From Eledone cirrhosa (Eukaryota), in NCBI GenBank assembly GCA_964016885.1, contig OZ024743.1, positions 141,484,001 to 141,548,000 on the forward strand: a DNA stretch of 64,000 nucleotides. The letters are read 5' to 3'. The position numbers and the translations under genes were made by a program. The notes beneath the pieces are model-generated. The model was not told where the DNA came from. It searched no databases and worked only from the letters and a program-made list of their open reading frames with translations. Below are positions 24,907 to 36,900 of this stretch, piece after piece; within the stretch, counting starts at the first letter, position 1; each line of letters opens with the position of its first letter.

Positions 24907-27900
24907 GTGCTGGGTGCATGGAGTTTGGTGCTTCGTGCTTGTGCTTGGTGTTTGGTGTTTGGTGCTTGGTATTTGGTGTTTGGTGTTTGATGCTTGGTTT
25001 GTGGTGCTTGGTGCTTGGTGTTTTGTGTTTGGTGCTTGGTGCTTGGTGTTTGATGTTTGGTCCTTGGTGCTTGGTGTTTGGTGATTGGTGCTTGGTGCCT
25101 GGTGCTTGGTGCTTGGTGCTTGTTGTTTGGTGCTTGGTGCTTGTGATTAGTGTTTGGTGCTTGGCGCTTGGTGTTTGGTGCTTGGTGTTTGGTGCTTGGT
25201 GCCTGGTGCTTGGTGTTTGGTGTTTGATGCTTGGTGTTTGGTGTTTGGTGTTTGGTACTTGGTGTTCGGTGCTTGGTGCTTGGTGCTTGGTGCTTGGTGT
25301 ATGGTGTTTGGTGCTTGGTGCTTGGTGTTTGATGTTTGGTCCTTGGTGCTTGGTGTTTGGTGTTGTGTGCTTGGTGCTTGGTGCTTGATGTTTGGTGCTT
25401 GGTGCTTGGTGTTTGGCGTTTGCTGTTTGCTGTTTGGTGTTTGGTGTTTGCTGTTTGGTGTTTGCTGTTTGGTGTTTGGTGTTTGGTGCTTGCTGTTTGG
25501 TGCTTGGTGCTTGGTGTTTGGTGTTAGGTGCTTGGTGTTTGGTGCTTGGTGCTTGGTGCTGAGTGTTTGGTGCTTGGTGCTTGGTGTTTGGTGTTTGGTG
25601 ATTGGTGCTTGGTGTTTGGTCCTTGGTGCTTGGTGCTTGGTCTTTGGTGCTTGGGTTTTGGTGTTTGGTGCTTGGTGCTTGGTGTTTGGTGCTTGGTGCT
25701 TGGTGCTTGGTGCTTGGTGTTTGGTGCTTGCTGCTTGGTGCTTGGTGTTTGGTGCTTGGTGCTTGGTGATTAGTGTTTGGTGATTGGTGCTTGGGGTTTG
25801 GTGTTTGGGGCTTGGTGTTTGGTGCTTAGTGCTTGCTGTTTGGTGTTTGGTGTTTGGTTCTTGGTGCTTGGTGTTTGGTGTTTGGTGTTTGGTGCTTGGT
25901 GCTTGGTGCTTGGTGTTTGGTGCTTGGTGCTTGGTGTTTGGTGCTTGGTGCCTGGTGCTTGTTGTTTGGTGTTTGGTGCTTAGTGCTTGGTGTTTGGTGT
26001 TTAGTGCTTGGTGTTTGGTGGCCGGTGTTTGGTGCTTGGTGTTTGGAGTTTGGTGCTTGGTGCTTGGTGCCTGGTGTTTCGTGCTTGGTGCTTGGTGCTT
26101 GGTGTTTGGTGTTTGGTGCTTGGTGTTTGGTGTTTGGTACTTGGTGCTTGGTGCTTGGTGCTTGGTGTTTGGTGCTTGGTGTTTGATGCTGCGTGCTTGG
26201 TGTTTGGTGTTTGGTGCTTGGTGCTTGGTGTTTGGTGTTTGGAGCTTGGTGCCTGGTGCTTGTTGCTTGGTGTTTGGCGCTTGGTGCTTGGTGCCTGGTG
26301 TTTCGTGCTTGGTGCTTGGTGCTTGGTGTTTGGTGCTTGGTGTTTGGTGTTTGGTACTTGGTGCTTGGTGCTTGGTGCTTGGTGTTTGGTGCTTGGTGTT
26401 TGATGCTGCGTGCTTGGTGTTTGGTGTTTGGTGCTTGGTGCTTGGTGTTTGGTGTTTGGAGCTTGGTGCCTGGTGCTTGTTGCTTGGTGTTTGGCGCTTG
26501 GTGCTTGGTGTTTGGTGTTTGGTGCTTGGTGCTTGGTGCTTGGTATCTGGTGTTTGGTGCTTGATGTTTGGTGTTTGGTGCTTGGTGTTTGGTGTTTGGT
26601 GCTTGGTGCTTGGTGTTTGGTGCTTGGTGCTTGGTGTTTTGTGTTTGGTGCTTGGTGCTTGGTGCCTGGTGCTTGGTGCTTGGTGCTTGTTGTTTGGTGC
26701 TTGGTGCTTGGTGATTAGTGTTTGGTGCTTGGTGCTTGCGGTTTGGTGTTTGGTGCTTGGGGCTTGGTGCTTGGTGCTTGGTGCTTGGTGTTTGGTGCTT
26801 GGTGCTTGGTGTTTGGTGCTTGGTGCCTGGTGTTTGGTGTTTGGCGTTTGCTGTTTGCTGTTTGCTGTTTGGTGCTTGCTGTTTGGTGCTTGGTGCATGG
26901 TGTTTGGTGTTTGGTGTTTTGTGCTTGGTGCTTGGTGTTTGGTGCTTGGTGCTTGGTGCTGGGTGTTTGGTGCTTGGTGCTTGGTGTTTGGTGCTTGGTG
27001 CTTGGTGCTTGGTGTTTGGTCCTTGGTGCTTGGTGCTTGGTATTTGGTGCTTGGGTTTTGGTGTTTGGTGCTTGGTGCTTGGTGTTTGGTGCTTGGTTCT
27101 TGGTGCTTGGTGCTTGGTGTTTGGTGATTGCTGCTTGGTGCTTGGTGTTTGGTACTTGGTGCTTGGTGATTAGTGTTTGGTGATTGGTGCTTGGGGTTTG
27201 CTGTTTGGTGCTTGGTGTTTGGTGCTTGGTGCTTGCTGTTAGGTGTTTGGTGTTTGGTTCTTGGTGCTTGGTGTTTGGTGTTTGGTGTCTGGTGCTTGGT
27301 GCTTGCTGCTTGGTGTTTGGTGCTTGGTGCTTGGTGCTTGGTGTTTGGTGCTGCGTGCTTGGTGTTTGGTGTTTGGTGCTTGGTGCCTGGTGCTTGTTGT
27401 TTGGTGTTTGGTGCTTAGTGCTTGGTGTTTGGTGTTTGGTGCTTGGTGCTTGGTGGCTGGTGCTTGGTGCTTGGTGTTTGGAGTTTGGTGCTTGGTGCTT
27501 GGTGCCTGGTGTTTCGTGCTTGGTGCTTGGTGCTTGGTGTTTGGTGTTTGGTGATTGGTGTTTCGTGTTTGGTGCTGGGTGCATGGAGTTTGGTGCTTGC
27601 TGCTTAGTGCGTGGTGTTTGGTGTTTGGTGCTTGGTATTTGATGCTTGGTGTGTGGTGCTTGGTGCTTGGTGTTTTGTGTTTGGTGCTTGGTGCTTGGTG
27701 CCTGGTGCTTGGTGCTTGGTGCTTGTTGTTTGGTGCTTGGTGCTTGATGATTAGTGTTTGGCGCTTGGTGCTTGGTGTTTGGTGCTTGGTGTTTGGTGCT
27801 TGGTGTTTGGTGCTTGGTGTTTGGTACTTGGTGTTCGGTGCTTGGTGCTTGGTGCTTGGTGTTTGATGTTTGGTCCGTGGTGCTTGGTGTTTGGTGTTGT

Positions 27901-30900
27901 GTGCTTGGTGCTTGGTGCTTGCTGTTTGGTTTTTGGTGCTTGGTGTTTGGTGTTTGCTGTTTGGTGTTTGCTGTTTGGTGTTTGTTGTTTGGTGCTTGCT
28001 GTTTGGTGCTTGGTGCTTGTTGTTTGGTGCTTGGTGCTTGGTGATAAGTGTTTGGTGCTTGGTGCTTGCGGTTTGGTGTTTGGTGCTTGGGGTTTGGTGT
28101 TTGGTGCTTGGTGCTTGGTGTTTGGTGCTTGGTGCTTGGTGCTTGGTGTTTGGTGCTTGGTGCTTGGTGTTTGGTGCTTGGTGCTTGGTGTTTGGTGTTT
28201 GGCGTTTGCTGTTTGCTGTTTGGTGTTTGGTGCTTGCTGTTTGGTGCTTGGTGCTTGGTGTTTGGTGTTTGGTGTTTGGTGCTTGGTGCTTGGTGTTTGG
28301 TGCTTGGTGCTTGGTGCTGGGTGTTTGGTGCTTGGTGCTTGGTGTTTGGTGCTTGGTGCTTGGTGCGTGGTGTTTGGTGATTGCTGCTTGGTGCTTGGTG
28401 TTTGGTGCTTGGTGCTTGGTGATTAGTGTTTGGTGATTGGTGCTTGGTGTTTGGTGTTTGGTGCTTTGTGCTTGGTGCTTGGTATCTGGTGTTTGGTGCT
28501 TGATGTTTGGTGTTTGGTGCTTGGTGTTTGGTGTTTGGTGCTTGGTGCTTGGTGTTTGGTGCTTGGTGCTTGCTGTTTGGTGTTTGGTGTTTGGTTCTTG
28601 GTGCTTGGTGTTTGGTGTTTGGTGTCTGGTGCTTGGTGCTTGGTGCTTGGTGTTTGGTGCTTGGTGCTTGGTGCTTGGTGTTTGGTGCTGCGTGCTTGGT
28701 GTTTGGTGTTTGGTGCTTGGTGCCTGGTGCTTGTTGTTTGGTGTTTGGTGCTTGGTGCTTGGTGTTTGGTGTTTGGTGCTGGGTGCATGGAGTTTGGTGC
28801 TTGGTGCTTGTGCTTGGTGTTTGGTGTTTGGTGCTTGGTATTTGGTGTTTGGTGTTTGATGCTTGGTGTGTGGTGCTTGGTGCTTGGTGTTTTGTGTTTG
28901 GTGCTTGGTGCTTGGTGCCTGGTGCTTGGTTCTTTGTGCTTGTTGTTTGGTGCTTGGTGCTTGGTGATTAGTGTTTGGTGTTTGATGCTTGGTGTTTGGT
29001 GTTTGATGTTTGGTACTTGGTGTTCGGTGCTTGGTGCTTGGTGCTTGGTGCTTGGTGTTTGGTGTTTGGTGCTTGGTGCTTGGTGTTTGATGTTTGGTCC
29101 TTGGTGCTTGGTGTTTGGTGTTGTGTGCTTGGTGCTTGGTGCTTGATGTTTGGTGCTTGGTGCTTGGTGCTTAGTGTTTGGCGTTTGCTGTTTGCTGTTT
29201 GGTGTTTGGTGTTTGCTGTTTGGTGTTTGCTGTTTGGTGTTTGGTGTTTGGTGCTTGCTGTTTGGTGCTTGGTGCTTGGTGTTTGGTGTTAGGTGCTTGG
29301 TGTTTGGTGCTTGGTGCTTGGTGCTGAGTGTTTGGTGCTTGGTGCTTGGTGTTTGGTGCTTGGTGATTGGTGCTTGGTGTTTGGTCCTTGGTGCTTGGTG
29401 CTTGGTCTTTGGTGCTTGGGTTTTGGTGTTTGGTGCTTGGTGCTTGGTGTTTGGTGTTTGGTGCTTGGTGCTTGGTGCTTGGTGTTTGCTGCTTGCTGCT
29501 TGGTGCTTGGTGTTTGGTGCTTGGTGCTTGGTGATTAGTGTTTGGTGATTGGTGCTTGGGGTTTGGTGTTTGGGGCTTGGTGTTTGGTGCTTAGTGCTTG
29601 CTGTTTGGTGTTTGGTGTTTGGTTCTTGGTGCTTGGTGTTTGGTGTTTGGTGTTTGGTGCTTGGTGTTTGGTGCTTGGTGTTTGGTGCTTGGTGCTTGGT
29701 GTTTGGTGCTTGGTGCCTGGTGCTTGTTGTTTGGTGTTTGGTGCTTAGTGCTTGGTGTTTGGTGTTTGGTGCTTGGTGCTTGGTGGCTGGTGTTTGGTGC
29801 TTGGTGTTTGGAGTTTGGTGCTTGGTGCTTGGTGCCTGGTGTTTCGTGCTTGGTGCTTGGTGCTTGGTGTTTGGTGTTTGGTGCTTGGTGTTTGGTGTTT
29901 GGTACTTGGTGCTTGGCGCTTGGTGCTTGGTGTTTGGTGCTTGGTGTTTGATGCTGCGTGCTTGGTGTTTGGTGTTTGGTGCTTGGTGCTTGGTGTTTGG
30001 TGTTTGGAGCTTGGTGCCTGGTGCTTGTTGCTTGGTGTTTGGCACTTGGTGCTTGGTTCCTGGTGTTTCGTGCTTGGTGCTTGGTGCTTGGTGTTTGGTG
30101 TTTGGTGCTTGGTGTTTGGTGTTTGGTACTTGGTGCTTGGTGCTTGGTGCTTGGTGTTTGGTGCTTGGTGTTTGATGCTGCGTGCTTGGTGTTTGGTGTT
30201 TCGAGCTTGGTGCCTGGTGCTTGTTGCTTGGTGTTTGGCGCTTGGTGCTTGGTGTTTGGTGTTTGGTGTTTGGTGCTTGGTGTTTGGTGTTTGGTGCTTG
30301 GTGCTTGGTGTTTGGTGCTTGGTGCTTGGTGTTTTGTGTTTGGTGCTTGGTGCTTGGTGCCTGGTGCTTGGTGCTTGGTGCTTGTTGTTTGGTGCTTGGT
30401 GCTTGGTGATTAGTGTTTGGTGCTTGGTGCTTGCGGTTTGGTGTTTGGTGCTTGGGGTTTGGTGCTTGGTGCTTGGTGCTTGGTGTTTGGTGCTTGGTGC
30501 TTGGTGTTTGGTGCTTGGTGCCTGGTGTTTGTTGTTTGGCGTTTGCTGTTTGCTGTTTGGTGTTTGGTGCTTGCTGTTTGGTGCTTGGTGCATGGTGTTT
30601 GGTGTTTGGTGTTTTGTGCTTGGTGCTTGGTGTTTGGTGCTTGGTGCTTGGTGCTGGGTGTTTGGTGCTTGGTGCTTGGTGTTTGGTGCTTGGTGCTTGG
30701 TGCTTGGTGTTTGGTCCTTGGTGCTTGGTGCTTGGTATTTGGTGCTTGGGTTTTGGTGTTTGGTGCTTGGTGCTTGGTGTTTGGTGCTTGGTCTTGGTGC
30801 TTGATGCTTGGTGTTTGGTGATTGCTGCTTGGTGCTTGGTGTTTGGTACTTGGTGCTTGGTGATTAGTGTTTGGTGATTGGTGCTTGGGGTTTGCTGTTT

Positions 30901-33900
30901 GGTGCTTGGTGTTTGGTGCTTGGTGCTTGCTGTTAGGTGTTTGGTGTTTGGTTCTTGGTGCTTGGTGTTTGGTGTTTGGTGTCTGGTGCTTGGTGCTTGG
31001 TGCTTGGTGTTTGGTGCTTGGTGCTTGGTGCTTGGTGTTTGGTGCTGCGTGCTTGGTGTTTGGTGTTTGGTGCTTGGTGCCTGGTGCTTGTTGTTTGGTG
31101 TTTGGTGCTTAGTGCTTGGTGTTTGGTGTTTGGTGCTTGGTGCTTGGTGGCTGGTGCTTGGTGCTTGGTGTTTGGAGTTTGGTGCTTGGTGCTTGGTTAC
31201 TGGTGTTTGGTGCTTGGTGCTTGGTGCTTGGTGTTTGGTGCTTGGTGCTTGGTGCTTGGTTATTAGTGTTTGGTGCTTGGTGCTTGGGGTTTGGTGTTTG
31301 GTGCTTGGTGCTTTGTGTTTGGTGTTTGCTGTATGGTGTTTGCTGTTTCGTGTTTGGTGTTTGCTGTTTGGTGTTTAATGCTTGGTGCTTGGTGCTTGGT
31401 GTTTGGTGCTTGGTGCTTGGTGCTTGGTGTTTGGCGTTTGCTCTTTGCTGTTTGGTGTTTGGTGCTTGCTGTTTGGTGTTTGGTGTTTGGTGTTTGGTGT
31501 TTGGTGCTTGCTATTTGGTGCTTGGTGCTTGGTGTTTGGTGTTTGGTGCTTGGTGTGTGGTGTTAAGTGTTTGGTGCTTGGTGCTTGGTGTTTGGTGCTT
31601 CGTGCTTGGTGCTTGGTGTTTGGTGCATGGTGCTTGGTGTTTGGCGCTTGGTGCCTGGTGCTTTGTGTTTGGTGCTAGGTGCTTGGTGCTTGGTGTTTGG
31701 TGCTTGGTGCTTGGTGCTTGGTTATTAGTGCTTGGTGCTTGGTGCTTGGTGTTTGGTGCTTGGTGCTTGGTGGCTGGTGTTCGGCGCTTGGTGTTTGGAT
31801 TTTGGTCCTTGGTGCTTGGTGCTTGGTGTTTGGTGTTTGGTATTTGGTGCTTGGTGCTTGGTGCTTGGTGTTTGGTGGTTGGTGCTTGGTGCTTGGTGTT
31901 TAATGCTGCGTGCTTGGTGTTTGGTGTTTGGTGCTTGGTGCTTGGTGTTTGGTGATTGGAGCTTGGTGCCTGGTGCTTGTTGTTTGGTGCCTGGTGCTTG
32001 TTGTTTGGTGTTTGGTGCTTGGTGCTTGGTGTTTGGTGCTTGGTGCTTGGTGCTTGATGTTTGGTGCTTGGTGCTTGGTGTTTGGTGCTTGGTGCTTGGT
32101 GCTTGGTGCTTGGTGTTAGGTGTTTGGTGCTTGGTGCTTGGTGTTTGATGTTTGGTCCTTGGTGCTTGGTGTTTGGTGTTTGGTGCTTGGTGCTTGGTGT
32201 TTGGTGTTTTGTGTTTGGAGTTTGGTGCTTGGTGTTTGGTGCTTCGGGCTTGGTGCTTGGTGTTTGGTGCTTGGTGCTTGGTGTTTGGTGCTTGGTGCCT
32301 GGTGCTTGGTGTTTGGTGCTTGGTGCTTGGTGTTTGGTGATTGGTGCTTGGTGTTTGGTGCTTGGTGCTTGGTGCCTGGTGCTTGGTGTTAGGTGTTTGG
32401 TGCTTGGTGCTTGGTGTTTGATGTTTGTTCCTTGGTGCTTGGTGTTTGGTGTTTGGTGCTTGGTGTTTGGTGTTTGGTGTTTGATGCTTGGTTTGTGGTG
32501 CTGGGTGCATGGAGTTTGGTGCTTCGTGCTTGTGCTTGGTGTTTGGTGTTTGGTGCTTGGTATTTGGTGTTTGGTGTTTGATGCTTGGTTTGTGGTGCTT
32601 GGTGCTTGGTGTTTTGTGTTTGGTGCTTGGTGCTTGGTGTTTGATGTTTGGTCCTTGGTGCTTGGTGTTTGGTGATTGGTGCTTGGTGCCTGGTGCTTGG
32701 TGCTTGGTGCTTGTTGTTTGGTGCTTGGTGCTTGGTGATTAGTGTTTGGTGCTTGGTGCTTGGTGTTTGGTGCTTGGTGTTTGGTGCTTGGTGCCTGGTG
32801 CTTGGTGTTTGGTGTTTGATGCTTGGTGTTTGGTGTTTGGTGTTTGGTACTTGGTGTTCGGTGCTTGGTGCTTGGTGCTTGGTGCTTGGTGTATGGTGTT
32901 TGGTGCTTGGTGCTTGGTGTTTGATGTTTGGTCCTTGGTGCTTGGTGTTTGGTGTTGTGTGCTTGGTGCTTGGTGCTTGATGTTTGGTGCTTGGTGCTTG
33001 GTGTTTGGCGTTTGCTGTTTGCTGTTTGGTGTTTGGTGTTTGCTGTTTGGTGTTTGCTGTTTGGTGTTTGGTGTTTGGTGCTTGCTGTTTGGTGCTTGGT
33101 GCTTGGTGTTTGGTGTTAGGTGCTTGGTGTTTGGTGCTTGGTGCTTGGTGCTGAGTGTTTGGTGCTTGGTGCTTGGTGTTTGGTGTTTGGTGATTGGTGC
33201 TTGGTGTTTGGTCCTTGGTGCTTGGTGCTTGGTCTTTGGTGCTTGGGTTTTGGTGTTTGGTGCTTGGTGCTTGGTGTTTGGTGCTTGGTGCTTGGTGCTT
33301 GGTGCTTGGTGTTTGGTGCTTGCTGCTTGGTGCTTGGTGTTTGGTGCTTGGTGCTTGGTGATTAGTGTTTGGTGATTGGTGCTTGGGGTTTGGTGTTTGG
33401 GGCTTGGTGTTTGGTGCTTAGTGCTTGCTGTTTGGTGTTTGGTGTTTGGTTCTTGGTGCTTGGTGTTTGGTGTTTGGTGTTTGGTGCTTGGTGCTTGGTG
33501 CTTGGTGTTTGGTGCTTGGTGCTTGGTGTTTGGTGCTTGGTGCCTGGTGCTTGTTGTTTGGTGTTTGGTGCTTAGTGCTTGGTGTTTGGTGTTTAGTGCT
33601 TGGTGTTTGGTGGCCGGTGTTTGGTGCTTGGTGTTTGGAGTTTGGTGCTTGGTGCTTGGTGCCTGGTGTTTCGTGCTTGGTGCTTGGTGCTTGGTGTTTG
33701 GTGTTTGGTGCTTGGTGTTTGGTGTTTGGTACTTGGTGCTTGGTGCTTGGTGCTTGGTGTTTGGTGCTTGGTGTTTGATGCTGCGTGCTTGGTGTTTGGT
33801 GTTTGGTGCTTGGTGCTTGGTGTTTGGTGTTTGGAGCTTGGTGCCTGGTGCTTGTTGCTTGGTGTTTGGCGCTTGGTGCTTGGTGCCTGGTGTTTCGTGC

Positions 33901-36900
33901 TTGGTGCTTGGTGCTTGGTGTTTGGTGCTTGGTGTTTGGTGTTTGGTACTTGGTGCTTGGTGCTTGGTGCTTGGTGTTTGGTGCTTGGTGTTTGATGCTG
34001 CGTGCTTGGTGTTTGGTGTTTGGTGCTTGGTGCTTGGTGTTTGGTGTTTGGAGCTTGGTGCCTGGTGCTTGTTGCTTGGTGTTTGGCGCTTGGTGCTTGG
34101 TGTTTGGTGTTTGGTGCTTGGTGCTTGGTGCTTGGTATCTGGTGTTTGGTGCTTGATGTTTGGTGTTTGGTGCTTGGTGTTTGGTGTTTGGTGCTTGGTG
34201 CTTGGTGTTTGGTGCTTGGTGCTTGGTGTTTTGTGTTTGGTGCTTGGTGCTTGGTGCCTGGTGCTTGGTGCTTGGTGCTTGTTGTTTGGTGCTTGGTGCT
34301 TGGTGATTAGTGTTTGGTGCTTGGTGCTTGCGGTTTGGTGTTTGGTGCTTGGGGCTTGGTGCTTGGTGCTTGGTGCTTGGTGTTTGGTGCTTGGTGCTTG
34401 GTGTTTGGTGCTTGGTGCCTGGTGTTTGGTGTTTGGCGTTTGCTGTTTGCTGTTTGCTGTTTGGTGCTTGCTGTTTGGTGCTTGGTGCATGGTGTTTGGT
34501 GTTTGGTGTTTTGTGCTTGGTGCTTGGTGTTTGGTGCTTGGTGCTTGGTGCTGGGTGTTTGGTGCTTGGTGCTTGGTGTTTGGTGCTTGGTGCTTGGTGC
34601 TTGGTGTTTGGTCCTTGGTGCTTGGTGCTTGGTATTTGGTGCTTGGGTTTTGGTGTTTGGTGCTTGGTGCTTGGTGTTTGGTGCTTGGTTCTTGGTGCTT
34701 GGTGCTTGGTGTTTGGTGATTGCTGCTTGGTGCTTGGTGTTTGGTACTTGGTGCTTGGTGATTAGTGTTTGGTGATTGGTGCTTGGGGTTTGCTGTTTGG
34801 TGCTTGTTGTTTGGTGCTTGGTGCTTGCTGTTAGGTGTTTGGTGTTTGGTTCTTGGTGCTTGGTGTTTGGTGTTTGGTGTCTGGTGCTTGGTGCTTGCTG
34901 CTTGGTGTTTGGTGCTTGGTGCTTGGTGCTTGGTGTTTGGTGCTGCGTGCTTGGTGTTTGGTGTTTGGTGCTTGGTGCCTGGTGCTTGTTGTTTGGTGTT
35001 TGGTGCTTAGTGCTTGGTGTTTGGTGTTTGGTGCTTGGTGCTTGGTGGCTGGTGCTTGGTGCTTGGTGTTTGGAGTTTGGTGCTTGGTGCTTGGTGCCTG
35101 GTGTTTCGTGCTTGGTGCTTGGTGCTTGGTGTTTGGTGTTTGGTGATTGGTGTTTCGTGTTTGGTGCTGGGTGCATGGAGTTTGGTGCTTGCTGCTTAGT
35201 GCGTGGTGTTTGGTGTTTGGTGCTTGGTATTTGATGCTTGGTGTGTGGTGCTTGGTGCTTGGTGTTTTGTGTTTGGTGCTTGGTGCTTGGTGCCTGGTGC
35301 TTGGTGCTTGGTGCTTGTTGTTTGGTGCTTGGTGCTTGATGATTAGTGTTTGGCGCTTGGTGCTTGGTGTTTGGTGCTTGGTGTTTGGTGCTTGGTGTTT
35401 GGTGCTTGGTGTTTGGTACTTGGTGTTCGGTGCTTGGTGCTTGGTGCTTGGTGTTTGATGTTTGGTCCGTGGTGCTTGGTGTTTGGTGTTGTGTGCTTGG
35501 TGCTTGGTGCTTGCTGTTTGGTTTTTGGTGCTTGGTGTTTGGTGTTTGCTGTTTGGTGTTTGCTGTTTGGTGTTTGGTGTTTGGTGCTTGCTGTTTGGTG
35601 CTTGGTGCTTGTTGTTTGGTGCTTGGTGCTTGGTGATAAGTGTTTGGTGCTTGGTGCTTGCGGTTTGGTGTTTGGTGCTTGGGGTTTGGTGTTTGGTGCT
35701 TGGTGCTTGGTGTTTGGTGCTTGGTGCTTGGTGCTTGGTGTTTGGTGCTTGGTGCTTGGTGTTTGGTGCTTGGTGCTTGGTGTTTGGTGTTTGGCGTTTG
35801 CTGTTTGCTGTTTGGTGTTTGGTGCTTGCTGTTTGGTGCTTGGTGCTTGGTGTTTGGTGTTTGGTGTTTGGTGCTTGGTGCTTGGTGTTTGGTGCTTGGT
35901 GCTTGGTGCTGGGTGTTTGGTGCTTGGTGCTTGGTGTTTGGTGCTTGGTGCTTGGTGCGTGGTGTTTGGTGATTGCTGCTTGGTGCTTGGTGTTTGGTGC
36001 TTGGTGCTTGGTGATTAGTGTTTGGTGATTGGTGCTTGGTGTTTGGTGTTTGGTGCTTTGTGCTTGGTGCTTGGTATCTGGTGTTTGGTGCTTGATGTTT
36101 GGTGTTTGGTGCTTGGTGTTTGGTGTTTGGTGCTTGGTGCTTGGTGTTTGGTGCTTGGTGCTTGCTGTTTGGTGTTTGGTGTTTGGTTCTTGGTGCTTGG
36201 TGTTTGGTGTTTGGTGTCTGGTGCTTGGTGCTTGGTGCTTGGTGTTTGGTGCTTGGTGCTTGGTGCTTGGTGTTTGGTGCTGCGTGCTTGGTGTTTGGTG
36301 TTTGGTGCTTGGTGCCTGGTGCTTGTTGTTTGGTGTTTGGTGCTTGGTGCTTGGTGTTTGGTGTTTGGTGCTGGGTGCATGGAGTTTGGTGCTTGGTGCT
36401 TGTGCTTGGTGTTTGGTGTTTGGTGCTTGGTATTTGGTGTTTGGTGTTTGATGCTTGGTGTGTGGTGCTTGGTGCTTGGTGTTTTGTGTTTGGTGCTTGG
36501 TGCTTGGTGCCTGGTGCTTGGTTCTTGGTGCTTGTTGTTTGGTGCTTGGTGCTTGGTGATTAGTGTTTGGTGTTTGATGCTTGGTGTTTGGTGTTTGATG
36601 TTTGGTACTTGGTGTTCGGTGCTTGGTGCTTGGTGCTTGGTGCTTGGTGTTTGGTGTTTGGTGCTTGGTGCTTGGTGTTTGATGTTTGGTCCTTGGTGCT
36701 TGGTGTTTGGTGTTGTGTGCTTGGTGCTTGGTGCTTGATGTTTGGTGCTTGGTGCTTGGTGCTTAGTGTTTGGCGTTTGCTGTTTGCTGTTTGGTGTTTG
36801 GTGTTTGCTGTTTGGTGTTTGCTGTTTGGTGTTTGGTGTTTGGTGCTTGCTGTTTGGTGCTTGGTGCTTGGTGTTTGGTGTTAGGTGCTTGGTGTTTGGT